Shown here one piece after another: positions 1-12,148 of a DNA stretch of 64,000 nucleotides (position 1 is its first letter; the number at the start of each line of letters is the position of its first letter). The stretch is taken from positions 62,001 to 126,000 of the forward strand of contig JAXLNO010000462.1 of NCBI GenBank assembly GCA_038087875.1, written 5' to 3'. Made by a program: the position numbers and the translations under genes. The stretch comes from Malacoraja senta. Lineage: Eukaryota. The notes under the pieces were generated by a model. The model was not told where the DNA came from, ran no database searches, and saw only the letters and a list, made by a program, of their open reading frames with translations.

Positions 1-269
1 TTCGAATCCTTCAACATCTTTTCAATTTTTTCCATAATTTTTCCCATCAGAGTTTTATTTTCATCCATAATTTCATCTTTCATATCTTTCACAGATTTCT
101 TCAAATCGTCAAACTCTTTGTCCTTACCAGACTCTGTCTTAGATCTTGTATCCATTTCTGCAGCCACTTCAGAAACTTCAGAGGTAACTTGTCCTTCAGG
201 CTTCTTCTGGTTTCTCAGCAGCTTTTTCACTGATCTCTGAGGGCTCTTGGCTGGAGACAGTTTACTCAT
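1..269 (-). mobile_element. N-terminus of an ORF running off the window edge; possibly ORF1 of an L1/Tx1-type LINE
   Basis: ATG at 269 opens MSKLSPAKSPQRSVKKLLRNQKKPEG...EFDDLKKSVKDMKDEIMDENKTLMGKIMEKIEKMLKDS with no stop to base 1. It is K/E-rich and coiled-coil-like, with a short CpG-rich leader upstream. Family assignment is inference only. Confidence 0.35.
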
Positions 270-397
270 TTAAAAGGCTTTAAACCACCGTTTAAAACAT
301 CGCGCTTACTGATGACGTCATCAGCCCGGCGACCAGAAGCTCCGGTAAGGTTTTTTAATCCAGTCCCGATTTATGGACCCGTTTTACACGAAAAATC

Positions 398-3300
398 ATT
401 TTCGTCGCTCTTCGCGTCCTGAACTTACGTCGCTTTTCCTGTGCTGAAGTTTCCTCACTTTTCGCGTTCTGAATTTTCGTCGCTTTTCGCTTTCTGAAAT
501 TTTGTCGCATTTCATGTCCTGAAATTTCATCACTTTATGCGTCCTGATGTTTCATCGCTTTTTGTGCCCTGAATTTACGTTGTTTTTCGTGTGCTTCATT
601 TTCATCGCCTTTCGCGTCCTGAAGGTTCGTCGCTTTTCGCATGTTGAATTGTCATCGCTTTTCGCGTGCTTCATTTCCGTATCTTTTCACGTGCTTCATT
701 TTCATCACTCTTCGCGTCCTGAACTTACATCGCTTTTCCTGTGCTGAATTTTCCTCACTTTTTGCGTGCTGAATTTTCATCGCTTTTCGCGTTCTGAAAT
801 TTTGTCGCTTTTCATGTCCTGAAATTTCATCGCTTTATGCGTCCTGATGTTTCATCGCTTTTTGCGCCCTGAATTTACGTTGCTTTTCGTGTGCTTCATT
901 TTCATCGCTTTTCGCGTCCTGAAGGTTCGTCGCTTTTCGCATGTTGAATTCTCATCGCTTTTCGCGTGCTTCATTTTCGTATCTTTTCACGTGCTTCATT
1001 TTCGTCACTCTTCGCGTCCTGAACTTACGTCGCTTTTCCTGTGCTGAATTTTCCTCACTTTTCGCATGCTGAATTTTCGTCGCTTTTCGTGTTCTTAAAT
1101 TTCGTCGCTTTTCACATCCTGAAATTTTGGCGCTTTATGCATCCTGCTGAATTTTCGTCGCTTTTAGTGTACTAAATTTTCGTCGCTTTTAGCGGCCTCC
1201 AGCAGGAATGACGTGGGGCTCCCGTTGCGGAGCTGCGGACTACTCACCGTCACGGGGCTGGCCGAGTCCGGAGCGGGTGGAGCTGTGGTGGAGCGCTGCT
1301 CCGACCCGACCCCCGGAGATTCGGAGGCTACAACCGCGGGTCTGGCGGACGGCAACACCGGAAGCCCCTGGTGGGAGACTGCTTTTCGGGGCTTCCGCAA
1401 CGGCGACTTCTCCCGCCTGAGTTGCGGGGTTGAAGAGCACCTGGAGCTGCGTCTAACATCACCGCCCCGCTCCGCTTGGAATGGCCGCGGGACTTTGCGA
1501 GCGCGCGCCGGGGCTCTAACACCAAGACCCGGTGTGCGACCTTGCATCGCCCGGCGTGGCTTTAATGGCCGTGGGACAATCACCATCGACCACTGGGGGC
1601 TTTGACTTTGACGAAAATTCAGCACGCGAAAAGCGACGAACATTCATCACGCGAAAAGCGACAAAATTACACAACGTGAAAATCTACGAAAATTCGGCAC
1701 TTAAAAGCGACGAAAATAGAACATGCGAAAAGCGACGAAAATACAGCATGCGAAAAGCGACGAACCTGCAGGACGCGAAAAGCGACGAAATACTGCACGC
1801 GAAAAGTGACGATATTTCAGAACATGAAAAGCAACGAAAATTCAGCATGCGAAAAGCGACGAAAATTCTGCACACGAAAAGCCACGTAAACTCAGGACGC
1901 AAAAAGCGATGAAATGTCAGGACGCAAAAAGCGACGAAATTTCAGGACGTGAAAAGCGACGAAATTTCAGCCCGTGAAAAGCGACGAAAATTCAGCACAT
2001 GAAAAGCGACGTAAATTCCAGACGCGAAAAGCGATGAAACATCAGGACGCATAAAGCGCTGAAATTTCAGGACTTGAAAAGCGATGAAATTTCAGAACGT
2101 GAAAAGCGACGAAAATTCAGCGTGCGAAAAGTGACGAACCTTCAGGACATGCAAAGCTATGAAAATGAAGCACACGAAAGGTGACAAAAATTCAGCATGC
2201 AAAAAGCGACGAAAATTCAGTATGCTAAAAGCGATGAAAATTCACCACATGAAAAGCGACGTAAATTCCGGAAGCGAAAAGCGATGAAACATCAGGACGC
2301 ATAAAGCGACGAAATTCCAGAACGTGAAAAGTGACGAAAATTAAGCAAGCAAAAAGTGACGGAAATTCAGCACGCGAAAAGCGATGAAATTTCAGCATAC
2401 GAAAAGCGACGAAAATTCAGCATGCGAAAAGCGACGAAATTTCAGAACGTGAAAAGAGACGAAAATTCAGCATGAGAAAATCAAAGTAAATTCAGCAAGC
2501 GAAAAGTGACGAACATTCAGGATGCAAAAAGCGATGAACATGAAGCACTCGAAAGGCGACGATAAATTCAGCATGCGTAAAGCGACGAAAATTCAGCACG
2601 CTAAAGGCGACGAAAATTCAGCACACGAAAAGCGACGTAGATTTTCGTCGCATTTAGTTTCTTAAATTTCGTCGCTTTTCACGTTCTGAAATTTCGTCAC
2701 TTTGCGTGCTGAATTTTCGTCGCATTTTATGACCTGAAGGTTCATCGCTTTTCACATGCGTCATTTTCGTCGATTTTCGCGTGCTTCATTTTCATCGCTT
2801 TTTGCGTCCTGAAAGTTTGTCGCTTTTCGCATGCTGAATTTTCATCGCTTTACGCATGCTGAAATTTCATCACTTTTCATGTGCAGAATTTTCGTCTCTT
2901 TTCATGTTCTGAAATATCGTCACTTTTCATGATCTGAAATATCGTCCCGAAACTAACGAGAATTCAGCACGCGAAAAGTGACGAAACTTCAGCACGCGAA
3001 AAGCGACAAACCTTTAGGACGCGAAAAGTGATGAGAATTCCACTCGCGCAAACCAACGAATATTCAACATGTGAAAAGTGACGAAAATTCAACATGTGAA
3101 AAGCGACGAAATTTCAGGATTTGAAAAGCGATGAAAATTCAGCACGGAAAAGTGACGAAATTTCAGAACGTGAAAGCGATGAAAATTCACCACACGAAAA
3201 GCTACAAAAATTCAGCACGCCAAAAACGACGGAAATTCAGCATACGAACAGCGACGAAAATTGAGGACGCGAAAAGCGACGAAACCTCAGGACGCATAAA

Positions 3301-5935
3301 ACAACAAAAATTCAGCACGTGAAAAGCGACAAAAGTTCAGGACGCATGAAGCAACAACATATCAGGACACGAAAAGTGACAAAATTTCGGAACGACAAAT
3401 GCGACGAAATTTCAGCACGCGAAAAGTGACGATATTTCAGAACATGAAAAGTGACGAAATTTCTGCACACGAAAAGTGACGAAATTTCAGCACGCAAAAA
3501 GCGATCAAAATGAAGCATGCGAAAATCGATGAAAATGAAGCATGCGAAAAGCGACAAAAACTCTGCATGCCAAAAGTTAGAAAAATTCATCACGCGAAAT
3601 GCGATGAACCTTCAGGACGTAAAAAGCAACGAATATTCAACACGCGAAAAGCGACGAAATTTCAGCATGCGAAAAGCGACGAAAATTCAGCATGCGAAAA
3701 GCGACGAAATTTCAGAATGTGAAAAGAGACGAAAATTCAGCATGAGAAAATCGACGTAAATTCAGGATGCGAAAAGCGACGAACCTTCAGGACGCAAACA
3801 TTACGAACCTTCAGGACACGAAAAGCGTCGACAATTCAGTACGTGAAAAGTGACGAAAATTCAGCACGCGAAAAGCGACGAACATTCAGCACGCGAAAAG
3901 CGACAAAATTACAGAACGTGAAAATTGATGAAAATTCGGCACTTAAAAGCGACGAAAATAGAGCATGCAAAAAGCGACGAAAATACAGCATGCGAAAAGC
4001 GACGAACCTGCAGGACGCGAAAAGCGACGAAATTCAGCACGCGAAAAGTGACGATATTTCAGAACATGAAAAGCAATGAAAATTCAGCATGCGAAAAGCG
4101 ACGAAAATTCAGCACACGAAAAGCCACGTAAACTCAGGACGCAAAAAGCGATGAAACATCAGGACGCATAAAGCGACGAAATTTCAGGACGTGAAAAGCG
4201 ACGAAATTTCAGCCCGTGAAAAGCGACGAACATTCAGCACATGAAAAGCGACGTAAATTCCGGACGCAAAAAGCGATGAACATTCAGGACGCATAAAGCG
4301 ATGAAATTTCAGGACTTGAAAAGCGATGAAATTTCAGAACGTGAAAATCGAAGAAAATTCAGCGCGCGAAAAGCGATGAACCTTCAGGACATGCAAAGCG
4401 ATGAAAATGAAGCACGGGAAAGGTGACGAAAATTCAGCATGCAAAAAGCGACGAAAATTCAGTACGCTAAAAGCGACGAAAATTCAGCACATGAAAAGCG
4501 GCGTAAATTCCGGACGCGAAAAGCTATGAAACATCAGGACGCATAAAGCGACAAAATATTAGGATGTGAAACGCGATGAAAATTCAGTAAGGAAAAGTGA
4601 CGCAATTTCAGAACGTGAAAAGCGACGAAAATTAAGCAAGCAAAAAGTGACGAACCTTCAGGACGCGAAAAGCGATGAACATGAAGCACTCGAAAGGCAA
4701 CGATAAATTCAGCATGCGTAAAGCGACGAAAATTCAGCACGCTAAAGGTGACGTAAATTCAGCAAGCGAAAAGCGACGAACCTTCAGGACGCGAAAAACA
4801 ATGAACATGAAGCACTCGAAAGGCGACGATAAATTCAGAATTTATCGTCTCTTTTCATGTTCTGAAATTTCGTCACTTTTTGCCTGCTGAATTTTCGTCA
4901 CTTTTCGCGTGCTGAATTATCGTCGCTTTTCGCGTCCTGAAGGTTCGTCACTTTACACTTGCTGAATTTTCATCGCTTTTCACATTCTGAATTTTCGTCA
5001 CTTTTCGCGTGCTGAAATTTCGTCGCCTTTCATGTCCTGAAATTTCATCACCTTTCACGTCCTGAAAATTCAGCACGCGAAAATCGACGAACCTTCAGGA
5101 CGAGAAAAGCGACGAAAATTCAGAACGTGAAAAGCGACTAAATTTCAGCGCACGAAAAGCGACGAAAATTCAGCAAGCGAAAAGAGAGGAATCTTCAGTA
5201 CGCGAAGAGCGATGAAAATGAAGCACGTGTAAACCAACGAGGATTCAGCATGCGAAAAGTGACTAAACTTCAGCACGCGAAAAGCGACAAACCTTTAGGA
5301 TGCGAAAAGTGATGAAAATTCCGCTCGCGAAAACCAACGAAAATTCAACATGCGAAAATGACGAAATTTCAGGATTTGCAAAGCGCCGAAAATTCAGCAA
5401 GGGAAAGTGAAGAAATTTCAGAACGTGAAAAGCGATGAAAATTCAGCACACGAAAAGCGACGAAATTCAGCATGCGAAAAGCTACAAGAATTCAGCACGC
5501 CAAAAGCGACGAAAATTCAGCATATGAAAAGCGACGAAAATTGAGGACGCGAAAAGCAACGAAACCTCAGGACGCATAAAGCAACAAAAATTCAGCACGA
5601 GAAAAGCGACAAAAGTTCAGGACGCATGAAGCAACAACATTTCAGGACACGAAAAGTGACAAACTTTCGGCATACAAAAAGTGACGAACCTTCAGGATGT
5701 GAAAAGCGACGAAAATTCAGGACGTGAAAATCGAAGCAATTTCAGGACGTGAAAAGCGACGTAATTGCAGCACACATTTCAGCACATAAAGCGACAAAAA
5801 ACCAGCATGCGAAAAGCGACGAAAATTCAGCACGTGAAAGTGACGAAAATTCACGACCCAAAAGGCGACGAAATTTCAAAACGCCAAAGGCAACGTAAAT
5901 TCAGGACATGAAAAGCGCCAAAATTACAGGACGCA
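398..5935. repeat. 25-bp CpG-rich satellite array (left), with several internal strand switches
   Basis: Tandem variants of GAAAAGCGACGAAAATTCAGCACGC or its complement. A 300-bp (12-mer) higher-order unit recurs at 411/711/1011. Confidence 0.95.
1194..1608. mobile_element. GC-rich interspersed-repeat fragment inside the satellite
   Basis: Abrupt non-satellite GC/CpG-rich block located exactly where satellite orientation flips; no recognisable protein. Confidence 0.45.
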
Positions 5936-5940
5936 TAATG

Positions 5941-7280
5941 CTAGCTAGATGGCTACATATAGGGGAGGATGCCTAGAAATAGGGGGGGGTTTAGGGAAGG
6001 GCATCTTTAAATGTGGATTCAGGGTAGGGCATGTATATGGGAGGGGCATTTAGGGGAGGGCATCTTTAAACTGTGAATTAGGAGGGCATCTATAAATGGT
6101 GCATTAGGGGAGGGTACCTTTAAATGGTGCAGTAGGGAAGGCATCTGTAAATTTAGGGTAGAGTTAGGGGAGAGCACCTGCAAAGGAGCAATACAATATG
6201 AGCAACAACAACAACTGAAGCTTACACCAATCCACGTAACAATCTCATATAATTCTTTCCCCCTCATTAATTTATTCTCACGTGTACCGAAGTACAGTGA
6301 AAAGCTTTAGTCGCGAGCTAACCAGTTGGAAGAAAGACAAAACATGATCACAATTGAGCCAGCTAGATGGCTACATCCTGTATAATTCGGTAGCCAGCTA
6401 TATGGCTACGTACTGGATAGCTAGGTAGATAGCAAGACTGAGCTACATACTGGATAGCTAGGTAGCTAGCTAGAGTGATCTACAAACTGGATAGCTAGGC
6501 AGCTAACTAAATTGAGCTACATACTTGGATAGATAGATAGCTAGATTGAGCAACAAACTGGATAGCTAGGTAGCTAACTAAATTGAGCTACATACTTGGA
6601 TAGATAGATAGCTAGACTGAGCAACAAACTGGATAGCGAGGTAGCTAGCTAGACTGAGGCTACATACTGGAAAACTATGTAGTTAGATGGCTACATATAG
6701 GGGAGGGTGCCTAGAAATAGGGGGGGGTTAGGGAAGGGCACCTGTAAATGTGGATTTAGGGTAGGGCATGTAAATGGGAGGGGTATTTAGGGGAGGGCAC
6801 CTATAAATGGTGAATTAGGAGGGCATCTGTAAATTTGGGGTAAATTTAGGGGAGAGCACCTGCAAAGGAGCAATACAATATGAGCAACTACAACTGAAGC
6901 TTTACAACAACAACTGGTGTGTTGTTACACCAAACCACGTAACAATCTCATATAATTCTTTCCCCCTCATTAATTTATTCTCACGTGTACCGAGCTACAG
7001 GGAAAAGTTTCAGTCGCGAGCTAACCAGTTAGCAGAAAGACAAAACATGATCACAATTGAGCCAGCTTGATGGCTACATCCTGTATAACTAGGTAGCTAG
7101 GTAGATGGCTAAATACTGGATAGTTAGGTCGATAGCAAGACTGAGCTACATACTGGATAACTAGGTAGCTAGCTAGAGTGATCTACATACTGGACAGCTA
7201 GGTAGCTACCGAGACTGAGCTACCAACTGGATAACTAGGTAGCTAGCTACATGGCTACAGACTGGATAGCTAGCGACATA
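5941..7280. repeat. ~740-bp tandem duplication of G-rich and TAGC-rich minisatellite blocks
   Basis: agatggctacatataggggagg at ~5947 and ~6685. Each unit has TTAGGGGAGGGCA-like repeats followed by (TAGC/CTGGATAGCTAGG)-like repeats. Confidence 0.85.
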
Positions 7281-7819
7281 CTGGTGTTTCATAGTTACAA
7301 ACAACTGAATTGGAAGAATAGCACATCATATTTCGCTTGGGCAGCTTACACCCCAGCGGTATGAACATTGACTTCTCTAACCTCAAGTAACCCTTGCTTT
7401 CCCTCTCTCTATTCCTCCCCCACTTTATTTTTCTGCTAGTTTCCCTGGTTGTATCTCATCGACGACCAGCAATAGACCATTGTGGGCTCCACCTTTCCTG
7501 GGCCATCGTTTCGGCCTGATTTGTTCTGTACCTTCCCATACCTCTCGTTTCCCTTTCACCTGCCTCTCAGTCTGAAGAAGTGTCTCGACCCAAAACGTCA
7601 CCATTTCTCCAGATATGCTGCCAGCCCCGCTGGGTTATTCCAGCTTTTGTGTCTATCTTTGATGTAAACCAGCATCTGCCGTTCCTTCCTCGGTGCGGAT
7701 TTGGTGGGCGGAAGGGCCTGTCTCCACACTGTATCTCGAAATTTAACTTAACCAATCAACATTGATGTCCAGCTCATTTATTTACATTATATACATATAT
7801 TGGCTTGGCATAACAGTTT

Positions 7820-8860
7820 AAATTGTCTCTCTTCTGCGATCATCGGCGGTCACTCGAAACAAGTATGACTGTCCTCTCCATAGGGTTGTCCACTTGTGTG
7901 TCTGCAGACGTTTGTAAAAGCCGATCCGCGATCCACACACCTTGGTGCAACGTGGGCAGTGGATTGGCGGCGGTTGGTAGTTGTCGAGCCTCCTTCTCTC
8001 TCTCCGTACGGTGCTGTCACTTTGTCTCTGCGACACGGCGTGGTTCCATTTTGTGAAGTGCAGCTCATTCCTGCACGGACTTCCTCCAGGAGTGCATGTC
8101 TAGTGCAATGCACTCCCAGTTGCTTGATGTGATGTGGAATTTCTTCAGACTGTTCTTGGTGTTGTCCTTGAAGCTTTTCTTTGGCCCGCCGGGGGCTCGC
8201 CGCCCTTCCGTCAGTTGAGAGTACAGGATTTGTTTAGGGAGACGTATGTTGAACATGCGGATGATATGGCCAGTCCATCGAAGTTGGTGCTGCATTATTG
8301 TGGTGGTGATGCTGGTCATGTTGGCTTCCTCCAAAATGCTGATGTTGGTGCGTTTGTCCTCCCAGCTGATCCTCAGAATTTTTCGTAAGGATCTTCGATG
8401 ATATTATTCCAGGGCTCTCAGATGCTTGCTGTAGGTGGTCCATTACTCAACTCCATACAACATGGTATTAGAGGACAACGGCTCTGTAGACCAGCAGTTT
8501 TGTTTGAGCCTTTAGGTCTCAGTCTTCAAGGACTCTTCCCCTGAATCTGGCGTAGGCTCCGCTGGCACAACTCAGGCGATGGTTGACCTCAGAGTCGACG
8601 TCAGCTTTTGAGGAAAGAATGCTGCCAAGTTTGGGGAAGTGGTCAACGTTTTCAAGTGGTGTCTTCCATTTTTAGACGGCTGGTTGGGTGGAGGTTGATG
8701 TGGGTCCTGGGTCTAGGCCCATGGCTCTGTATGCCTTGGCAAAGGCATTCAGGATGCCCTGGGGCTCTTCTGCAGAGTGTGCAGCAATGGCACAGTCGTC
8801 CGCATGCAGAAGCTCCATGATGGCGGTGTTACTGACTTTGCTCTTGGCCTTCAACCTATT
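7820..8860 (-). mobile_element. Degenerate 3' fragment of an RTE-clade LINE
   Basis: Broken frames give ELLHADDCAIAAHS (RT motif), QLRWTGHIIRM..RLPKQILYSQLTEGRRAPGGPKKSFKD and a terminal CPRCTKVC..H, typical of RTE ORF C-termini. Confidence 0.8.
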
Positions 8861-9061
8861 AATAGTGATAATGTGTGAGGAATGTTGGTCAGAACGGACT
8901 CGGTGCCTGTTTCCACACTGTATCTCTAAACTAAACTAAATTATTAAGTGTTGGATGCAACAGCAGATGCCGGTTTAAACCGAAGATTGACACGAAATGC
9001 TGGAGTAACTCAGCGGGAGAGGCAGCATCTCTGGCGAGAAGGAATGGGTGACATTTCGGGT

Positions 9062-9760
9062 CATGAAAAGCCACGAAAATTCAAGGCGTGAAAAGCCACA
9101 AAAATTCAAGACGTGAAAAACCACAAATATTCAAGACGTAAAAGGCAACGGCAATTTAAAACTTGAAAAGCCACAAAATTCAAGATATGAAAAGCCACGA
9201 AAATTCATGACATGGAAAGCCACGAAAAATCAAGAGATGAAAAGCCACGAAAATTCAAGACATGAAAAGCCACGAATATTTAAGACATGAAAAGCCACGA
9301 AAATTCAAGACACGAAAAGCCACGAAAATTCAAGACATGAAAAGGCACGAATATTCAAGACGTGAAAATACGCGAAAATTCAAGACGTGAAAAAACCCCA
9401 CAAAAATTCAAGACTTGAAAAGCCACGAAATTTCAAGATGTGAAAATCAATTATTCAAGAAGTGGAAAGCCTCGAAAATTCAAGACGTTGAAAGCCACGA
9501 AAATTCAAGACATGAAACGCAATGACAATTTAAGACGTGAAAAGCCACGAGAAATCAAGACATGAAAAGCCACGAAAATTCAAGACATCAAAAGTCACGA
9601 AAATTCAAGGCGTGAAAAGCCACGAAAATTCAAGGCGTGAAAAGCCACGAAAATTCAAGACATGAAAAGCCACGAAAATTCGACATGAAAAGCCACGAAA
9701 ATTCAAGACGTTAAAACCACGAAAATTCAAGACATAAAAAGCCATGAAAATTCAAGACTT
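9062..9760 (+). repeat. Second 25-bp satellite variant (GAAAAGCCACGAAAATTCAAGACAT)n
   Basis: About 28 tandem units, homogeneous and distinct from the flanking main satellite. Confidence 0.9.
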
Positions 9761-10264
9761 CAAGCTGGTGTGACTTTGGTGGGGGAGGGATGGAGAGAGA
9801 GCGAGCGCAGGTGTACTTGAAGTTAAAGAAAGCAATATTCATACTTGACCAAGAAGGAATGGGTGACGTTTCAGGTCAAGACCCTTCTTCATTGACAGAA
9901 TTGATGTGCAGTGGGATCTTTGGGTCCAGGTTCTCATCTCACTGAAGGAGGCAGTATGAGTAGATAGGGTGCGTGGCGTTGAAAGAGCCGGGTTCGGCAG
10001 TGACCATTCCGACATTCACAATAACACGGTGAACTCAGGTGCTTTATTCTATTTACAGCGGCAAAAATGTCCAGGATGCGCTGTCCCTCCATCAGAGCAC
10101 ATATGTGAAGATGCTGGCGATCTGTGGCTGAGTGAGTTTGCTGATGACACCAAGATCGGAGGAGTGCAGACAGTGAGGAAGCTGTCGGAAGATATGGCGG
10201 GATGAAGATCAGATGCTGAAATGGGCAGGTAGATAAGTAACCTCTATGGTGGTTTGAAGTGAAG

Positions 10265-10740
10265 GAAATAGGGAACGTTTCGGGCCGAGACCTTTCTTCA
10301 GACTGATGTAGGGTGGTGGGGGGGTGGGCTGGAAGAAGAAAGGAACATGAGGTCAGAGGGCTGAGGGAGAGCTGAGAAGGGGAGGTGACAGTAAGGGCTA
10401 CCTGAAATTGGAGGTCAATGTTCATGCCGATGGGGTATAAACTGCCCAAGTAAAATATGAGGTGCTGCTCCTACAATTTCCGGCGGTCCTCACTCTGGCC
10501 ATGGAGGAGGCCCAGGACAGAAAGGTCGGATTCGGAATGGGAGGGGGAGTTGAAGTGCTGAGCCACCGAGAGATCAGGTTGGTTAATGCGGACTGAGCGG
10601 AGTTGTTCGGTGAAGCGATCGTCAAGCCTACACTTGGTCTCATCGATGAAGATCAGCTGACATCTAGAGCAGCGGATGCAATAAGTGAGGTTGGAGGAGG
10701 TGCAGGTGAACCTCTGTCGCACCTGGAATGACTGCTTGGG
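10265..10740 (-). mobile_element. Penelope-like element fragment (GIY-YIG endonuclease remnant)
   Basis: FTCTSSNLTYCIRCSRCQLIFIDETKCRLDDRFTEQLRSV...VAQHFN matches the decayed Cys-flanked GIY-YIG motif of Penelope elements. Confidence 0.8.
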
Positions 10741-11168
10741 CAGAGTTTAAACTGAGCAAGTGTGAGGTGTTGCACTTTGGGAGGTTGAAGGCACAAGGAA
10801 AGAGTGTAGTTTTTCAGTTTAGTTTAGAGCTAGAGCGTGGAAACTATTCTACACACACTGGGGACAATTTACATTTATACGAAGCCAATTAACCTGCAAA
10901 CTGTACATCTTTGGTGTGGGTGGAAAATGAATATCTCAGGGAAAATACACACAGGTCACGAGAAGAACGTACAGACAAGCACCCATATTCGGGATCCTGT
11001 GATCTTCGAAGGAGGAGTTGTGGTGATCACAGGCTTCCTTCTGCAGTTCACATTTGCCTTAAGCAGTGCTGACAGTGCAGATTTCTCCCGGGCGGCTCAA
11101 CTATGAGCTTGAAGAAGTGATGATAGCAGAATATCCTGGCGGCCAATCTTTGCCAGTGTGTGTGTGCG

Positions 11169-11190
11169 TGTCTTTGAACTTGTCAGCATC
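11169..11190 (-). pseudogene. PRDM9: Stub of PRDM9 KRAB exon (third copy)
   Basis: ttttccag|GATGCTGACAAGTTCAAAGACA (DADKFKD). The upstream intron is homologous to the one preceding the KRAB exon at 31678. Confidence 0.65.
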
Positions 11191-11879
11191 CTGGAAAACC
11201 AAACATTGTACCTGATACACTTTGGTGCATAATGTGTAATCATCAGATATTAATTCTAAAACAGATTTTAAAATATCAATTGTTTATTTAGTACAAGACA
11301 ATTCCAGGATAAAGTGTCAACAACTTAAAATAATGGGTAACTTCTATATTATATTATTATATAATAATTATTATATAATTATATTATATTATATTATATA
11401 ATTATATAAATCACCCCTGAAACTCGTCATGAACAAGACTTGCACATTTTTATTAAATTAGAAAACAATCAAAGCACGTTTAACATTGAGTTGTATGCCA
11501 GTTGGCCAATCACACGCTTTGTTTCAGGCTAGCTAGGCAGGGCGCACACAACATGGCTGAGAGGGCTACACTGATGCCTGTTTTACTGGAGATTCCGATG
11601 AAGGTTCTTTCTAGTTCTGTGGAATATATGTCGTGGAAACTTGCAGTAGGGTAATTGAATTTAGTAAAAAAAAGCATTAAGAATTCTGAAGAATGTGCTG
11701 CTAATTGGATAGGTGGAACAAAGCCTTGAAAGCAAAGTCGCTGCTGAAGACAGCCAGGAATCAACTCTAATGGAAAGGTAAGATCTAAAGTCTGAATTTA
11801 TGAAAATCTATCTGTATGGACTTTAATTAATTTAATTGCATCCTTTTATAATGTGAAAAAATGAGATTTGGAGGCTGTA

Positions 11880-12148
11880 CATTCACTCATTCATTGATTC
11901 ATTCATTGATTCATTCATTGATTCATTCATTCATTCATTCATTCATTCACTCATTTCATTCATTCATTCATTCATTCATTCACTCATTCATTCACTCATT
12001 CACTCACCCTCATTCACTCACTCATTCACTCATTCATTCACACTCATTCACTCACTCATTCATTCACTCATTCACTCACTCATTCATTCATTCAGTCACT
12101 CATTCGTTTATTCATTCATTCATTCATTCATTCACTCACTCATTCATG
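11880..12148 (+). repeat. (TCAT/TCAC)n microsatellite
   Basis: Direct reading of the sequence. Confidence 0.95.

Larger units (their letters stand above)
5600..11345. repeat. Left arm of large inverted duplication (pairs with ~36945-41700)
   Basis: Near-identical ORFs occur on opposite strands in mirror order (8065/39678, 8672/39158, 9969/38071, 10471/37569, 10837/37185). The satellite junction ...gcataatgctagctagatggctac (~5933) is the reverse complement of ~41395-41418. Confidence 0.95.

Noticed and set aside
398..5935. CRISPR-like regular repeats
   Set aside because: Monomers are contiguous with no unique spacers, there are no cas genes, and the context is eukaryotic.
5990..6860. Telomeric repeats
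   Set aside because: TTAGGG occurs only singly within longer minisatellite units, not in tandem.
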